Below are positions 17,924 through 27,934 of a stretch of DNA of 32,000 bases, in pieces. Each line of letters starts with the position of its first letter. Position 1 is the first letter of the stretch. Location of the stretch: NCBI RefSeq assembly GCF_000008645.1, contig NC_000916.1, forward strand, positions 780,001 through 812,000, in the 5' to 3' direction. The position numbers and the translations under genes were made by a program. The DNA is from Methanothermobacter thermautotrophicus str. Delta H. GTDB lineage: Archaea; Methanobacteriota; Methanobacteria; Methanobacteriales; Methanothermobacteraceae. A model generated the notes under the pieces. It was not told the origin of the DNA, did no database searches, and was given only the letters and a program-made list of their open reading frames with translations.

Positions 17924-18793
17924 ATGACGGGTCATCTATATGAAACGGGGTTTCTGAAAAAGGCGGTGTTTTTAAGGCAGTTGATTTTTGCCCTGAAAAA
18001 TCTTTTCATCCACGGTGGTTTTCTTCCGGCGCTCTGGGGGCCCTCGCTTCTTCTGGTATCAACGGTTCTCCTTGAAAGTCGCTGCGGCCCCTTAACCTGG
18101 GGGATATGCTTCATGCTGCCCCTTACAGTCTACGCCTACGATTACCTTGCTGACCTTGAGCTGGACTCCCTAACGAATTCTGATAGATCAGAATTCAACC
18201 ATAAATGGGGTGAATGGCTGCTGGCAGCCTATGCAGGAGCTCTTCTGGCGCTGCTGCTTCTCTGCATGGATCCACTGATCACGGTCCTCACAGCTTCAAT
18301 GTTCATTACCGGGATCCTCTACTCAAGATTCTTCAAGGGGCTCACAGCATACCTGACGGGATTCAAAAACATCTATCTGGGCCTTGTATGGAGTTCATGG
18401 ACAACCATACCTGCAATGGGTGGCAGATCCCTCCCTGCACATATCCTGGTGTTCACATTCATATTCCTCAAGGTATACGTAAACACTGCCTTCAGCGACT
18501 ACAAGGACATTGAATCGGACGCCATGAGGGGCCTCAAGACTCTCCCTGCGGTCTTCGGTGAGAATAACAGCTTAATGATACTACAGCTCCTCAATGCGCT
18601 GGGTGCAGCCACCCTCAGCCTTGGAGTGCTCACGGGACTCATCCCAGGCATAGGTGCTGTTGCTGTGATCCTCTCATCATACACGGCCCTTTACCTGCAT
18701 CTGAAGCCGGTCATGGATGTAAAAACAGCTACACTCATAGCGGATCTTGAGGGGCCCCTTCACCTCCTCCTTGGTCTGGGGGTCATGATGTGA
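17924..18793 (+). CDS. UbiA-like prenyltransferase family membrane protein
   Basis: 289 aa, multi-TM, with YDYLADLELDSL and YKDIESDAMRGLKTLP, the two Asp-rich motifs. Confidence 0.75.
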   Translation: MTGHLYETGFLKKAVFLRQLIFALKNLFIHGGFLPALWGPSLLLVSTVLLESRCGPLTWGICFMLPLTVYAYDYLADLELDSLTNSDRSEFNHKWGEWLLAAYAGALLALLLLCMDPLITVLTASMFITGILYSRFFKGLTAYLTGFKNIYLGLVWSSWTTIPAMGGRSLPAHILVFTFIFLKVYVNTAFSDYKDIESDAMRGLKTLPAVFGENNSLMILQLLNALGAATLSLGVLTGLIPGIGAVAVILSSYTALYLHLKPVMDVKTATLIADLEGPLHLLLGLGVMM

Positions 18794-18886
18794 AATTTTA
18801 GATCCCATAGAATACAGCGCCTCCACAGCCATGACAAAAAGGGATCTGATCCTTCACCGTACGCTGAATCACAGAATTGTCAGGAA

Positions 18887-20110
18887 TCAGGGGCGGTACC
18901 TCAGTATCGCCCCTATGCCCCCAAAGGCCCTCAGAAGCTGCATTCCCTCCTCGGTCTCAGTTGATATGATTTCAACCTCGGTTCCGACCTCCTCGGCCAT
19001 CTCAACGAGGTCGTCGATCATGTCCCTCCTATCTGAGAGTCTCATCTGATCGTTGCAGCTGGGACAGGTTTCAGTATCCGGAAGGTCCCTGCCCGTCTTC
19101 TCCATCCTGTGTCCGCAGGATGCACACTCGTAGGTCCCCCTCTGGTACTTAAGGTCCTCTGAGAGAAGAAGAACCTCAACCGCACCCATCTGGAGGTGCT
19201 GTCGAACCTCCCTTTCACCGTAGGATGCGAGTCCATCCTCATTTATGAGTTCCCTGAGGAATCTCTGGACAAGTTTCTTCTCCCTCATAACATCTATTTC
19301 ACTTAAAACATCCATTGACTTGTCTATGACCTCCCTTATACCGAACTCCCCTGTGTAGGATGTGTCCACAGTCGTTATGACCTTCTTCTTCAGTTCATGG
19401 TGGAGGTAGTCGCCGTTGAGGAACTCCTCCTTTGTGTGACCCGGGCCCCCGAGGATTATGCCCTTGAGGTCATCTATCTGAAGGAAGGCCTCATTCATGT
19501 GTTCCCCTATCCTCTTGAGGAACTCATGGGCTGCAAGGTCTATGAGCCTGTCGAACCTCCTCTGGGACTGTCCACCGGCCTTGTGTTTACCTGGAACCCC
19601 ACTGGTGAGTGTCTTGAGTATGTCTATCCTCTTACCCTTCAGGGTTGCGATTGTGGCCTCCTTCCTGTCAAGGACTGCGAGGCCATAGGTTTCCTTCTCC
19701 TCAAGCATCTCCCTCAGTGGTTCAAGGTAGAACTCTGAGTTACAGTGGTATATGTATGTCTTGATGGGTTCAGGTGGCTCGAATACGTAGGTCTCCATCT
19801 TCTCTGTACCCGGGCCTCCCCTGGGAACCATGCCGACGAACATGACGAGCCCCTTCTCGGGTGGTTTCGGGAATAGTTTGAGCCTCTGCATTATAACCTC
19901 AATGGCTGACTGGACGTTCTTCTTCGTCTGTTTGCTCTTTATGTTGGCACTCTGGCTCAGTTCCTCCCTCATATGCTTTGCAACGTCACTTATCTGCCGG
20001 TCAGGGGGTATGTATACCGATACGAGTTCCGTCCCCCTGCCCCTCTTGTCTGAGAGTTCCTGGAGGGTCCTCTTGAATTCGAAAAGCTCCTTTGATGATG
20101 GTTCGCTCAC
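18887..20110 (-). CDS. prf1: Peptide chain release factor aRF1
   Basis: 407 aa; TSIKSKQT-like ([13 protein letters not shown]), [10 protein letters not shown] (GGQ domain is AGGQSQRRF), C-terminal Zn-binding CASCGHRME...CPSC. Confidence 0.96.
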
Positions 20111-20214
20111 TATGAATCACTCCTCATGAAAATGATAAAATAAACTGTAAATGTATATGGGGCGGGGTGATTATAAAGTTTACTGGAGGGTGGGAGAAAA
20201 ATGTATAAATGGAT

Positions 20215-20258
20215 TCCACCATAACTCGAAAGGAAGAGTCAACTGATTTTATGGTGGA
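20215..20258 (+). promoter_or_regulatory. Inverted repeat overlapping the pyrH SD
   Basis: TCCACCATAA (20215-20224) and TTATGGTGGA (20249-20258), perfect 10-bp complement with 24-nt spacer; the 3' arm contains the GGTGG SD 6 nt before ATG 20264. Confidence 0.5.
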
Positions 20259-20263
20259 CCGTT

Positions 20264-20938
20264 ATGAGAATCGTGATTACCATTGGAGGATCAATCATCA
20301 TAAGTGAATTCTCCCATGAGATGTTCAGGGCCTATGCTGACATTCTGAATTCACTGAGAGATGAACATGATCTCTTTGTGGTTGTGGGGGGAGGAAGACC
20401 TGCCCGTGACTACATAGGAGTTGCCAGGGAACTGGGAGCCAGCGAGGCCCGGTGCGATGATATAGGTATTGATGTGACCCGCCTGAATGCCCGGCTCCTT
20501 ATAACCGCCCTGGGTGATAGCGCCTACCCGGGGGTTCCAGAGAACTTCAGGGAGGCCCTCGAGGTTGCTGCGACCGGGAGGATAGTCGTGATGGGTGGTA
20601 CCGAACCAGCCCACAGCACAGATGCTGTCGGGGCAATACTCGCTGAGACCGTTGAGGCGGACCTCATGATAAACCTCACCTCGGTGGATGGATTCTATGA
20701 CAGAGACCCGGCCAAATATCCTGACGCCAGGTTCTACCCGGAGATCACCGCCAGTGAGATGCTCGAACACCTCAGGGGCTCTGATGTGAGGGCGGGTACC
20801 TATGAATTCTTTGACCACACAGCCCTGCATATGATAAGGAGGTCAGGTATAAGGACCATGATAGTGAACGGTAACGACCCTGAAAATCTCCTGAGAGCCC
20901 TTGATGGTGAGATAGGCACCACAGTTATCCCTGAATAA
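20264..20938 (+). CDS. pyrH: UMP kinase (archaeal)
   Basis: 224 aa; [50 protein letters not shown]. Confidence 0.93.
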   Translation: MRIVITIGGSIIISEFSHEMFRAYADILNSLRDEHDLFVVVGGGRPARDYIGVARELGASEARCDDIGIDVTRLNARLLITALGDSAYPGVPENFREALEVAATGRIVVMGGTEPAHSTDAVGAILAETVEADLMINLTSVDGFYDRDPAKYPDARFYPEITASEMLEHLRGSDVRAGTYEFFDHTALHMIRRSGIRTMIVNGNDPENLLRALDGEIGTTVIPE

Positions 20939-20986
20939 ACCGCTAAATTACTGAGATGTAATCAAAATTTAATGGAGGTAATAGTT

Positions 20987-21175
20987 ATGGTTGAACCACA
21001 CAAGCACTGCCCTGTATGCAGTACCCCGATACCCATGGATGAGGTAACCTGTTCAGAGAGGTGTCAGGAGATCCTCTCAAAAAACCAGCAGAGGGTCAGA
21101 AGGACACGTATGATATTCTACCTGGTATTCGCCCTCTTCATTGTGGTGTGGGTTGTACTTTCAATTAGAGGTTGA
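20987..21175 (+). CDS. Small zinc-ribbon plus single-TM protein (DUF2116-like)
   Basis: 62 aa; HKHCPVCSTPIPMDEVTCSERC then a hydrophobic helix; GGAGG SD upstream of the ATG. Confidence 0.85.
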   Translation: MVEPHKHCPVCSTPIPMDEVTCSERCQEILSKNQQRVRRTRMIFYLVFALFIVVWVVLSIRG

Positions 21176-21180
21176 ACCTT

Positions 21181-21687
21181 TTATGGGGATCTGAGTACAG
21201 CCACCCCGTAAACTATGAGGATTACACCCACAGCCAGACCCACAAACACCGGGTTGAATGAGAGTGCAGCCATGAGAATGTATATGACCCCAAAAATGGC
21301 ACTCATTATACCCGCATTTCTTTTCAGGTAACTCTGGGAGCCTGCTGAAAGGATCAGCATTGCAGCCACCAGAAGAAGGATCCCTGTAACGTAAAGCCAG
21401 GCTCCTGCAAGTTCATTTATAAGGAAGACCCTGAAGGCCAGCATGAGGCCAACTGCAAGGGTTATAACCGCAAAGACCATCCAGAGCACGCCCACCTCCA
21501 TGTACCTCCGCCCTCTGATGGCATTTGCGAGCATCCAGACCCCGAGGGCAGAAAGCACAAGGCCCGTCAGTATGCTTATGGCCGTCACACCGGAAACAGG
21601 TGATACCAGAAACACGATACCCAGAATAACCGAAAGGAGACCCATCCCTTTTTTCAGCATCATCTCACCATTCTGTAATATGTTCAT
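21181..21687 (-). CDS. DUF308/HdeD-like membrane protein
   Basis: 168 aa, several hydrophobic helices in repeated pairs (LVLSALGVWMLANAI / VGVILIVYGVAVL). Confidence 0.7.
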   Translation of the reverse strand: MNILQNGEMMLKKGMGLLSVILGIVFLVSPVSGVTAISILTGLVLSALGVWMLANAIRGRRYMEVGVLWMVFAVITLAVGLMLAFRVFLINELAGAWLYVTGILLLVAAMLILSAGSQSYLKRNAGIMSAIFGVIYILMAALSFNPVFVGLAVGVILIVYGVAVLRSP

Positions 21688-21786
21688 CTGATTTTATATA
21701 TTTTGTTAATCTCTGCATTCTCTGACCTGAAAACCATCATTGATTATATATCCTGTTAATCCCTGCCTTCTACGGACATGAACCCA

Positions 21787-22572
21787 TCATAGAAGCATCT
21801 TCAAACCTGTAAACAGTAATAGGATTATGAAGATGTACCTTATGTACCTCACATCAACCCTGTGGGCGATTAGAGCCCCCAGCCGTGAGGAAGGGACACT
21901 CATAACAATAACAAGCAGGAACTGAAGGAGGTTAACATAACCGACAGTGAAGGGGCCCCCTGGCCCTGTGAAGATGTAGGAGATGGTCCCCGATGCAGCC
22001 GTAAATGCAATTACAAGGGAGGATGTACCAACGGCCTCGAGGACATCAAAGCCCGCCACCATCACAAGGAGCGGTACCAGGACCACACCCCCACCGATAC
22101 CGAGTAGACCGGATAGAAAACCTGCCAGGAAGCCAAGGGGAAATGCTGCATTCCGCCCAAACCCTGAAGGCGAAATTCTGGATGATAGAAGGAGCTGTGC
22201 TGAAACCAGAATGAGTAAAACACCGAAAAACGCCCTGAGGACATATGCGGGTGATGCTGAAGCTGTGAAAACACCTGCCACGCTACCGCACGCACCAAGA
22301 ACGCCCATGGTGATTCCAATCCTGGAATCGACACACTTCCTCCGGTAATGGGAGTGGGCTCCGCTGAGGGCCGTTGGAAGGATTATGGCAAGGCTCGTCC
22401 CGAAGGCCGTCCTTATGGCAATATCCGGTGGTGTGCCCCCTGCCTCCATGAGAAAGAATAGCACCGGGGCTATTATGAAGCCACCGCCGACTCCGAGAAG
22501 GCCGGTTGCAAGTCCAGCCAGAAGTCCCGTGAATAAAAGTGCCGCCACATAAATTAATGGATCCATATTCAA
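21787..22572 (-). CDS. TauE/SafE-family permease
   Basis: 261 aa; duplicated GLLAGLATGLLGVGGGFIIAP / LGFLAGFLSGLLGIGGGVVLVP signature. Confidence 0.93.
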   Translation of the reverse strand: MNMDPLIYVAALLFTGLLAGLATGLLGVGGGFIIAPVLFFLMEAGGTPPDIAIRTAFGTSLAIILPTALSGAHSHYRRKCVDSRIGITMGVLGACGSVAGVFTASASPAYVLRAFFGVLLILVSAQLLLSSRISPSGFGRNAAFPLGFLAGFLSGLLGIGGGVVLVPLLVMVAGFDVLEAVGTSSLVIAFTAASGTISYIFTGPGGPFTVGYVNLLQFLLVIVMSVPSSRLGALIAHRVDVRYIRYIFIILLLFTGLKMLL

Positions 22573-22661
22573 CCCCTTTAACTGCTGACCACGATAATTT
22601 ATAAGTGGAGAGTTTCATATCTCATGCTGTTAGTTATTAAATTTCTTCTGGGTGAATAACT

Positions 22662-23648
22662 TTGAGATCAGAGAGGTTCATGGTAGCCGGCATAATCTTC
22701 ACTGGAGTGGCGGTCACACTCCTTGTGACAGACCTTCTGGATCACATCATAACACCCTTCACACACGTGTTCCTCATGGGCTCCTCAGAGGGCAAGGACG
22801 TGATATTCTTCACCGTAATGGGGACCATGTTCATTCTGGCACCCCTCTTCAGGGAGGATGGGCTGGTGGGGAAGTCTTCACGTCTTGATAAAAACAGCTA
22901 CCTCCACATCGCAGCCCTCCTTGCCTTTATCACATACCTCACAGGGACTGCAGTAGAGGTCCTGATACGCCTCAGTATGGGTGTATCACCCCTCACCACC
23001 TTCATATCGATGGATCCCCCGGCATCAACAAGCATAACCCACTCACACGTCTTCAAGGCCAGTCTGAGTCCCCTGACGGGTCTCATTGTCCCTGCATCAT
23101 CAGGAATCCATACCGGTTCTTCGCTGGCAGGTTACATCCCCTTTTTGCTGCCTATGACCCTCACGGTGATTCCTGTAATCTATCTGATGGGCCTCCTTTC
23201 AACAGGGGACCGGAGGGACTTCCATGTTGCAATAGTGATATTCGCAACCGCCACAACCATAATAGGGATAATCGACGGGGGCCTGTTCTCAACCCCCGCC
23301 CTTGTGGGTCTATCCGGAATACTCGGCATGAGCGCCCTGAGGGTCCCCTTCAGTCCGGGCAACCTTAAAGTCCCCACCCTGATAATAGGGGGCCTCATAG
23401 CCGTGCGAATACTCCTGGGGATCCTCGGATCAGTCCCGGAATACTATGAGGTCACTGTACTCGAGCCATCAGGTAACCTCGATCTCGACGGACTTCATGT
23501 ACTCTCAGAGGAGAAGAAGGGTGATAGAATCATCCTAAAGCTCTCATCAGACCAGAACGAGATGGAACTTCTGAATAAACTCACAGCTCGCCTCGATGGA
23601 AGATGCCATGGTTTCTTCATGACATGGAACTTCTTTTCATTCTTCTAG
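22662..23648 (+). CDS. Multi-TM membrane protein of unknown function
   Basis: 328 aa; several hydrophobic helices, TTG start with GGTGA SD; ends 12 nt before the glycosyltransferase gene. Confidence 0.7.
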   Translation: MRSERFMVAGIIFTGVAVTLLVTDLLDHIITPFTHVFLMGSSEGKDVIFFTVMGTMFILAPLFREDGLVGKSSRLDKNSYLHIAALLAFITYLTGTAVEVLIRLSMGVSPLTTFISMDPPASTSITHSHVFKASLSPLTGLIVPASSGIHTGSSLAGYIPFLLPMTLTVIPVIYLMGLLSTGDRRDFHVAIVIFATATTIIGIIDGGLFSTPALVGLSGILGMSALRVPFSPGNLKVPTLIIGGLIAVRILLGILGSVPEYYEVTVLEPSGNLDLDGLHVLSEEKKGDRIILKLSSDQNEMELLNKLTARLDGRCHGFFMTWNFFSFF

Positions 23649-23660
23649 GGAGGATCAGGA

Positions 23661-25418
23661 ATGAAGCTCAGCATAATCATACCCGCATACAATGAAGAGG
23701 AATATCTTCCAGGACTGCTTGAAAGCATAAGGAATCAGGACTTCGATGATTATGAGGTTATAGTCGCAGATGCAGACTCAGATGATAATACAAGGAAGAT
23801 AGCGAGAGAATACGGTTGCAGGGTTGTTGATGGGGGTATGCCCGCGGTGGGGAGAAACAGGGGAGCTGCCGCTGCCAGGGGCGAACTGCTGCTCTTTCTG
23901 GACGCCGACCTTGTCCTCACTGACGGGTACCTCAGGGATGCTGTTGAGGAGTTTGAATCAGAGGACCTTGGAATTGCAATAACCCAGATGATACCCATCT
24001 CAACGAGGAGGCGCGATAAGATACTGCATGAATTTGCCAACAGATTCATGATACTGGTTGAATCCATAAAACCCCATGGAGCCGGATGCTATGGCATACT
24101 GACACGCAGGGAGCTCCATGAGAAGGTGGGTGGCTTCGATGAATCCCTGGATTTTGGAGAGGATACAGACTACATTGAAAGGATAGGGAAGATAAGCAGG
24201 TTCAAGGTCCTCAGGAAACCCAGGGTCCTGGTATCCATAAGGAGACTGGAAAAGGAGGGTCTCAAGAACCTTGCATTCAAGTACACCAGGAGCACCATCT
24301 ATGATTTCATGGGTAAGAGGGTCAGTGCAGGTGACCTTGGCTATGAATTCGGCCACTCCAGGAGGAAGAGGAGGGTCCTCTACTCTGTCTGCGGTGAGGG
24401 TATGGGTCATGCGATACGCAGTGGCGTAATCCTCGATAAACTCACAGAGGACCATGAAGTCCTCATATTTGCAAGTGACCGTGCCTATAAGTATCTGAGC
24501 AGTAAATTCGATAACGTCCATGAGATATACGGGTTCAACACTGTCTACGAGGATAACAGTGTAAACGACGTTAAAACATTCCTGAGGGCCATGAAAACCT
24601 TCCCAAGGGACCTCAAGGAGAACCTGAGACTCCTCTACAGGATCGCAAGGGACTTCAAGCCGGATGTGGTGGTCTCTGACTTTGAGTTCTATGCCAGTGT
24701 TGTGAGTAACATGCTCAGGATCCCCCTCATAAGCATCGATAACATGCACGTTATAACCCAGTGCCGTATAGAGTACCCTGAGAGGTTCCGCAGGGATAAG
24801 CTGAAGGCCGAGGCCGTTGTGAGGTCCTTCATTGTGAGGCCCAGACGTTATCTGATAACCAGTTACTTCTTCCCGGAGGTTAAAAACCCCGATAAGGTAT
24901 CCATGTATCCCCCTGTACTCAGGGAGAAGATAATGAACCTCAAGCCATACTATGGAGATCACGTGATGGTGTACCAGACGAGTCAGTCAAACAGGAAGCT
25001 CCTTGAGCTCCTCAGGTCCATTGACAGGAAATTCGTTGTCTATGGCTTTGACAGGGAGGGGGTTGATGGGAACCTCACCTTCAGGAGATTCAATGAGGAT
25101 CAGTTCTTCAGGGACTTTGAGTCTGCAGCCGCTGTTATAACAAATGGAGGCTTCACCCTTATAAGTGAGGCCCTGTACCTCAGGAAACCCGTCTACAGTG
25201 TTCCCGTGAGGGGACAGTTCGAGCAGATACTGAATGCAGTTTACCTTGAGAAGCTCGGTTACGGGGAGTTCCATGAGAAAACCGAAAGGGAAAGCCTTGA
25301 GAGATTCCTTGACAGGCTGGATATTTACAGAAGGAACCTTGAGGACTATGATGGTGGTAACAACGAGATCATAGAAGCCCTTAAGAGGACCATAGATGAG
25401 TGCTCTCGAGGATGCTGA
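23661..25418 (+). CDS. Two-domain glycosyltransferase: N-terminal GT2 (GT-A) plus C-terminal GT-B (MGT/MurG-like)
   Basis: 585 aa; KLSIIIPAYNEEEYLPGLLESI, LFLDADL and FGEDTDY (GT-A); VLYSVCGEGMGHAIRSGVILDKL and TNGGFTLISEALYLRKPVYSVPVRGQFEQILNAVYL (GT-B). Confidence 0.88.
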   Translation: MKLSIIIPAYNEEEYLPGLLESIRNQDFDDYEVIVADADSDDNTRKIAREYGCRVVDGGMPAVGRNRGAAAARGELLLFLDADLVLTDGYLRDAVEEFESEDLGIAITQMIPISTRRRDKILHEFANRFMILVESIKPHGAGCYGILTRRELHEKVGGFDESLDFGEDTDYIERIGKISRFKVLRKPRVLVSIRRLEKEGLKNLAFKYTRSTIYDFMGKRVSAGDLGYEFGHSRRKRRVLYSVCGEGMGHAIRSGVILDKLTEDHEVLIFASDRAYKYLSSKFDNVHEIYGFNTVYEDNSVNDVKTFLRAMKTFPRDLKENLRLLYRIARDFKPDVVVSDFEFYASVVSNMLRIPLISIDNMHVITQCRIEYPERFRRDKLKAEAVVRSFIVRPRRYLITSYFFPEVKNPDKVSMYPPVLREKIMNLKPYYGDHVMVYQTSQSNRKLLELLRSIDRKFVVYGFDREGVDGNLTFRRFNEDQFFRDFESAAAVITNGGFTLISEALYLRKPVYSVPVRGQFEQILNAVYLEKLGYGEFHEKTERESLERFLDRLDIYRRNLEDYDGGNNEIIEALKRTIDECSRGC

Positions 25419-25526
25419 AAATGCAATTTTTTAAGGAAAATCCTGTGAAAGACAGTAGAAAATTAATAGATACAATTTGAATAGAGTAAGAAATCAAAAC
25501 TTTGTAGAATTAATAGAATAATTATG

Positions 25527-25544
25527 TGTGACCCGAGGGTCACA
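25527..25544. repeat. Palindromic hairpin element
   Basis: TGTGACCC-GA-GGGTCACA, 8-bp perfect arms, between convergent genes. Confidence 0.7.
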
Positions 25545-25568
25545 AAAACATCAAAGTTCTCTAACCTG

Positions 25569-25596
25569 AAAAAATTATGTGTAACTAGAGAGTCAC
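25569..25596 (-). terminator. Putative 3' hairpin and U-tract of the TFB gene, overlapping its stop codon
   Basis: Minus strand GTGACT-CTCT-AGTTAC hairpin followed by ACATAATTTTTT. Confidence 0.5.
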
Positions 25597-26517
25597 GCCA
25601 AGATCAAGCTGCTCTGTGAGCTCCTTGTACCTGTTCCTTATGGTTACCTCTGTTACACCTGCAACCTCTGCAACGTCTCTCTGGGTCTTGTGTTCCCCGA
25701 GGAGGACCGATGCTATGTAGAGGGCCGCTGCTGCAACCCCAGTTGGACCTCTTCCTGATGTGAGGCCGTTCTCCATTGCCATCTCAATTATCTCAATGGC
25801 CTTGGACTGTACCTCACCTGATAGGCCCAGTTCACTTGCAAACCTTGGCACGTAATCCACCGGGGATGTTGGAGGTAACTTTATGTTGAGTTCCCTTGTC
25901 AGGAACCTGTAGGTCCTTCCAACCTCCTTCTTGCTCACCCTTGAAACCTCTGCAATCTCGTCAAGGGTCCTTGGAACGTTGCATTTCCTGCATGCAGCGT
26001 AGAGTGATGCTGCCACCACTCCCTCAATGCTCCTTCCCCTGATGAGTTTGTTCTCAACGGCTCTCCTGTATACCATGGAGGCCGCTTCCCTCACACTCCT
26101 GGGGAGCCCCAGCCTTGATGAGTCACGGTCAAGCTCGCTGAGGGCAAATGCAAGGTTCCTCTCGGTGGCGCCTGATATCCTTATCTTCCTCTGCCACTTC
26201 CTCAGACGGTACCACTGGGCCCTGTTCCTTGCAGGTATGTCCCTTCCATATATGTCCTTGTTTCTCCAGTCTATCATTGTTGATAGACCCTTGTCGTGTA
26301 TGGTGTAGGTTATGGGTGCTCCTACCCTTGTCCTCTTATCCCTCTGTTCGTGGTCAAAGGCCCTCCACTCTGGACCCATATCAACCAGGTTATCGTCTAT
26401 GACAAGACCACATTTTCCACAGACTATTTCAGCCCTTTCGTAGTCGCCCCTAAGGTCATCGGAGCCGCACTCAGGGCATTTTGTTTCCTTCTCTATTTCA
26501 GAAACATCAGACCTCAT
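25585..26517 (-). CDS. tfb: Transcription initiation factor B (TFB)
   Basis: Zn ribbon CPECGSD...[13 protein letters not shown]-linker [25 protein letters not shown], two cyclin repeats. The ORF opens at 26544, but the ATG at 26515-26517 has an AGGAG SD and forms an ATGA overlap with the upstream Gar1 stop. Confidence 0.97.
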   Translation of the reverse strand: MRSDVSEIEKETKCPECGSDDLRGDYERAEIVCGKCGLVIDDNLVDMGPEWRAFDHEQRDKRTRVGAPITYTIHDKGLSTMIDWRNKDIYGRDIPARNRAQWYRLRKWQRKIRISGATERNLAFALSELDRDSSRLGLPRSVREAASMVYRRAVENKLIRGRSIEGVVAASLYAACRKCNVPRTLDEIAEVSRVSKKEVGRTYRFLTRELNIKLPPTSPVDYVPRFASELGLSGEVQSKAIEIIEMAMENGLTSGRGPTGVAAAALYIASVLLGEHKTQRDVAEVAGVTEVTIRNRYKELTEQLDLGVTL

Positions 26518-26792
26518 TTTCTCCTTCGTTTCCTTCGCCCCCATTTTTTCACATTCTTTATACCCACGTATAAAGTCTCTCCAACTCGGTTCTCAAACTT
26601 TTCAGGATTTATTGCACGAGATGGTTTTATGGATATGTATGGATTCCGTGTAGGTCCAAAGATATCGTGCACTTTTCCTATCCTTTTCCCATCGGAAGTA
26701 AAAACAGGTGCTCCAAGCTGCTGTGTTCTATCTGAACGTGCTATGATCCTTCCCTTGTTGGAGACATGTGAAATATTCCCTAAAGCCTTCAT
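26514..26792 (-). CDS. gar1: H/ACA ribonucleoprotein component Gar1
   Basis: 92 aa; [54 protein letters not shown] and basic C-terminus WGRRKRRRK. Confidence 0.9.
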   Translation of the reverse strand: MKALGNISHVSNKGRIIARSDRTQQLGAPVFTSDGKRIGKVHDIFGPTRNPYISIKPSRAINPEKFENRVGETLYVGIKNVKKWGRRKRRRK

Positions 26793-26878
26793 AATTCACC
26801 GAAAATTTTATATACTGTATTCTCTAACTACTAGTATATAAATGTTTCGATAATTTTATATAAAATTAGGGCTGGGTG

Positions 26879-27934
26879 TCATGAGGTCATCTGTTTTCCA
26901 TAGTAGATCGCCGCAATGAGACCTATCAATGTCGGTGCAATATAGCTTGCGATCCTATCAACAACACTGGCTGCCATGACATAATCGGCGCCTATCCCTG
27001 CAACTGCAAATAGGCCCACAAGTATCCCCTCTCTCAACCCAAGGGACCCTGGTAGAATCGGAAGGAGGGATATTAGGATCCCGACTGTGTAGATTATTAT
27101 GAGTGGAACCGCAGGTGGTGAGACACCCACAGCCAGGAAGCAGACATAGAGTCGACAAACATCAAGGGCCCACATCCCCAGTGATATGAAGAATCCTATG
27201 ACAAAGACCCTCCTGTCTGTTATTGCAGTTGAAAAGCCATCATTGAATCGATTTATATAGAATATGACCTTCTCGTGTATCCCTGCAAAACTGATACCCC
27301 CTTCCCTGAACCTTGAGAACCATGAAACCAGCCTCCTTGTGACAGAAAGGGCTATCCTCTGGGCTATTTTTTTGTTCATACCCGCATAGACCGCCAGGGA
27401 GAACCCTGCAATGGTCACAAGGATCAGCACACTGACAACTATCCTGGTCCAGATGGATATCTCCCAGGTCATTATGAGCACCGCAGAGAGAATGGAGATC
27501 AGGGCAAAGGGTATGAACTCAAAGACCCGGTCCGCTGTGGATGATGCAAAACCAATCTCAAAGGGTGTGCCCTCAACCTCACGCAGAAGGTAGGCCCTCA
27601 GTGGCTCACCACCGGCAGCCCCGGGGGTTATGTTGTTCCCGAAGATACTGGTAAAAAGAAGCATCATGAGCCTCGGAAAGGATGGAGCATCATCAACCAC
27701 ATTCAGGATGAGCCTCCACCTCAGGGTCCACAGGATAAGTATAATGGCCTCCAGGACGAAATTGAGGGCAAGAAAATAGGGGCTGGTCCCCTCAAGTGCC
27801 CTCAGAATATCACCGAAACCTGCGAAAAAACCTATGAGAAATATTACAACAGCAACCGCAAGGAATGAGAGAACGATGGTCCTTCTGTTCTCTCGGATGT
27901 AATCAAATACGCTGCTCTCTTCCATGGAAACCAA
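26879..27934 (-). CDS. UPF0104 / lysylphosphatidylglycerol synthase TM-region (flippase-like) membrane protein
   Basis: 351 aa multi-TM; GNNITPGAAGGEPLRAYLLREVEGTPFEIGFASSTADRVFEFIPF and LPGSLGLREGILVGLF. Confidence 0.88.
   Translation of the reverse strand: MVSMEESSVFDYIRENRRTIVLSFLAVAVVIFLIGFFAGFGDILRALEGTSPYFLALNFVLEAIILILWTLRWRLILNVVDDAPSFPRLMMLLFTSIFGNNITPGAAGGEPLRAYLLREVEGTPFEIGFASSTADRVFEFIPFALISILSAVLIMTWEISIWTRIVVSVLILVTIAGFSLAVYAGMNKKIAQRIALSVTRRLVSWFSRFREGGISFAGIHEKVIFYINRFNDGFSTAITDRRVFVIGFFISLGMWALDVCRLYVCFLAVGVSPPAVPLIIIYTVGILISLLPILPGSLGLREGILVGLFAVAGIGADYVMAASVVDRIASYIAPTLIGLIAAIYYGKQMTS

Noticed and set aside
20351-20830. 159-aa minus-strand ORF opposite pyrH
   Set aside because: Antisense shadow; pyrH motifs on the plus strand are unambiguous.
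24000-24962. 320-aa ORF on the minus strand inside the glycosyltransferase gene
   Set aside because: Antisense shadow ORF; the plus-strand frame has clear glycosyltransferase motifs and the minus-strand product has no recognisable domain.
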